From Mesotaenium endlicherianum (Eukaryota): 32,084 nucleotides of DNA. The stretch lies in contig WELA01001083.1 in the NCBI GenBank assembly GCA_009602735.1, positions 1 through 32,084 of the forward strand, written 5' to 3'. The position numbers and the translations under genes were made by a program. Below are positions 31,744 to 32,084 of this stretch, piece after piece (within the stretch, counting starts at the first letter, position 1; every line of letters starts with the position of its first letter). The notes under the pieces were generated by a model that saw only the letters and a program-made list of their open reading frames with translations, ran no database searches and had not been told where the DNA came from.

Positions 31744-32084
31744 GCGCGCCCAACATGCTTCCAGTGGTGAGTTCCCAACTCCCTGGGGTGCAATTCCAAC
31801 AGTCAGTCAAAAAAAACCCAAATCCAGCACAACTTCCAGTGCAGCTTTGGTTCCGGACTCCCCTTGCGCACGCAGACAAAGCAGCAAGTGTCGTACTTGA
31901 GAGCGAACAGCAGGCAGACCAGCGAAGGGAGGGAGGACTGGCAGATGGCGGATAGATGGATAACAAACAGACCTGGATGACGACGGAGTACGGCGGAGGC
32001 GGATGCAGCGCCAGGCCCTGCTGCACGCTGGCCGAGAATCGCACCTGCTCCCCTCCCCCCTCCCCCGCACGGCCAACGCCCCCA

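Noticed and set aside
31366..32076. Overlapping Ala/Gly/Pro-rich ORFs (214, 152, 123 aa)
   Set aside because: Openness is explained by GC-rich simple repeats; part could be a host exon but no product is supportable

Overview
Transposon-dense eukaryotic nuclear DNA. A plant or green-algal host is suggested by the iMet-type PBS, the chromovirus/PAT-like elements and the F-box/LRR gene, but this is inference only. The window contains: (1) an apparently intact Ty3/gypsy chromovirus on the minus strand (1-8093; its 3' LTR lies just outside the window) with gag, a -1-frameshifted pol (PR-RT-RH-IN-chromodomain) and an unexplained ~555-aa third ORF after pol; (2) an intronless F-box/LRR gene with four in-frame TAA/TAG stops; (3) a three-LTR composite of the same family on the plus strand (11791-21963, one TSD CTGCA), made of LTR, truncated gag, internally deleted LTR, gag, decayed pol, a strongly diverged ORF3 and LTR; (4) a decayed tyrosine-recombinase (DIRS/PAT-like) retrotransposon with gag, RT-RH-methyltransferase and YR, flanked by a modular palindromic repeat family; (5) a solo LTR with TSD GCAGC; (6) a relic of a second DIRS-like family and low-complexity sequence. 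The best candidate for novelty is the ORF3 cassette. It is bracketed by duplicated hairpin+PPT signals, has matching splice-like signals upstream in both copies, and is only about half identical between two elements whose gag proteins differ by a single residue.
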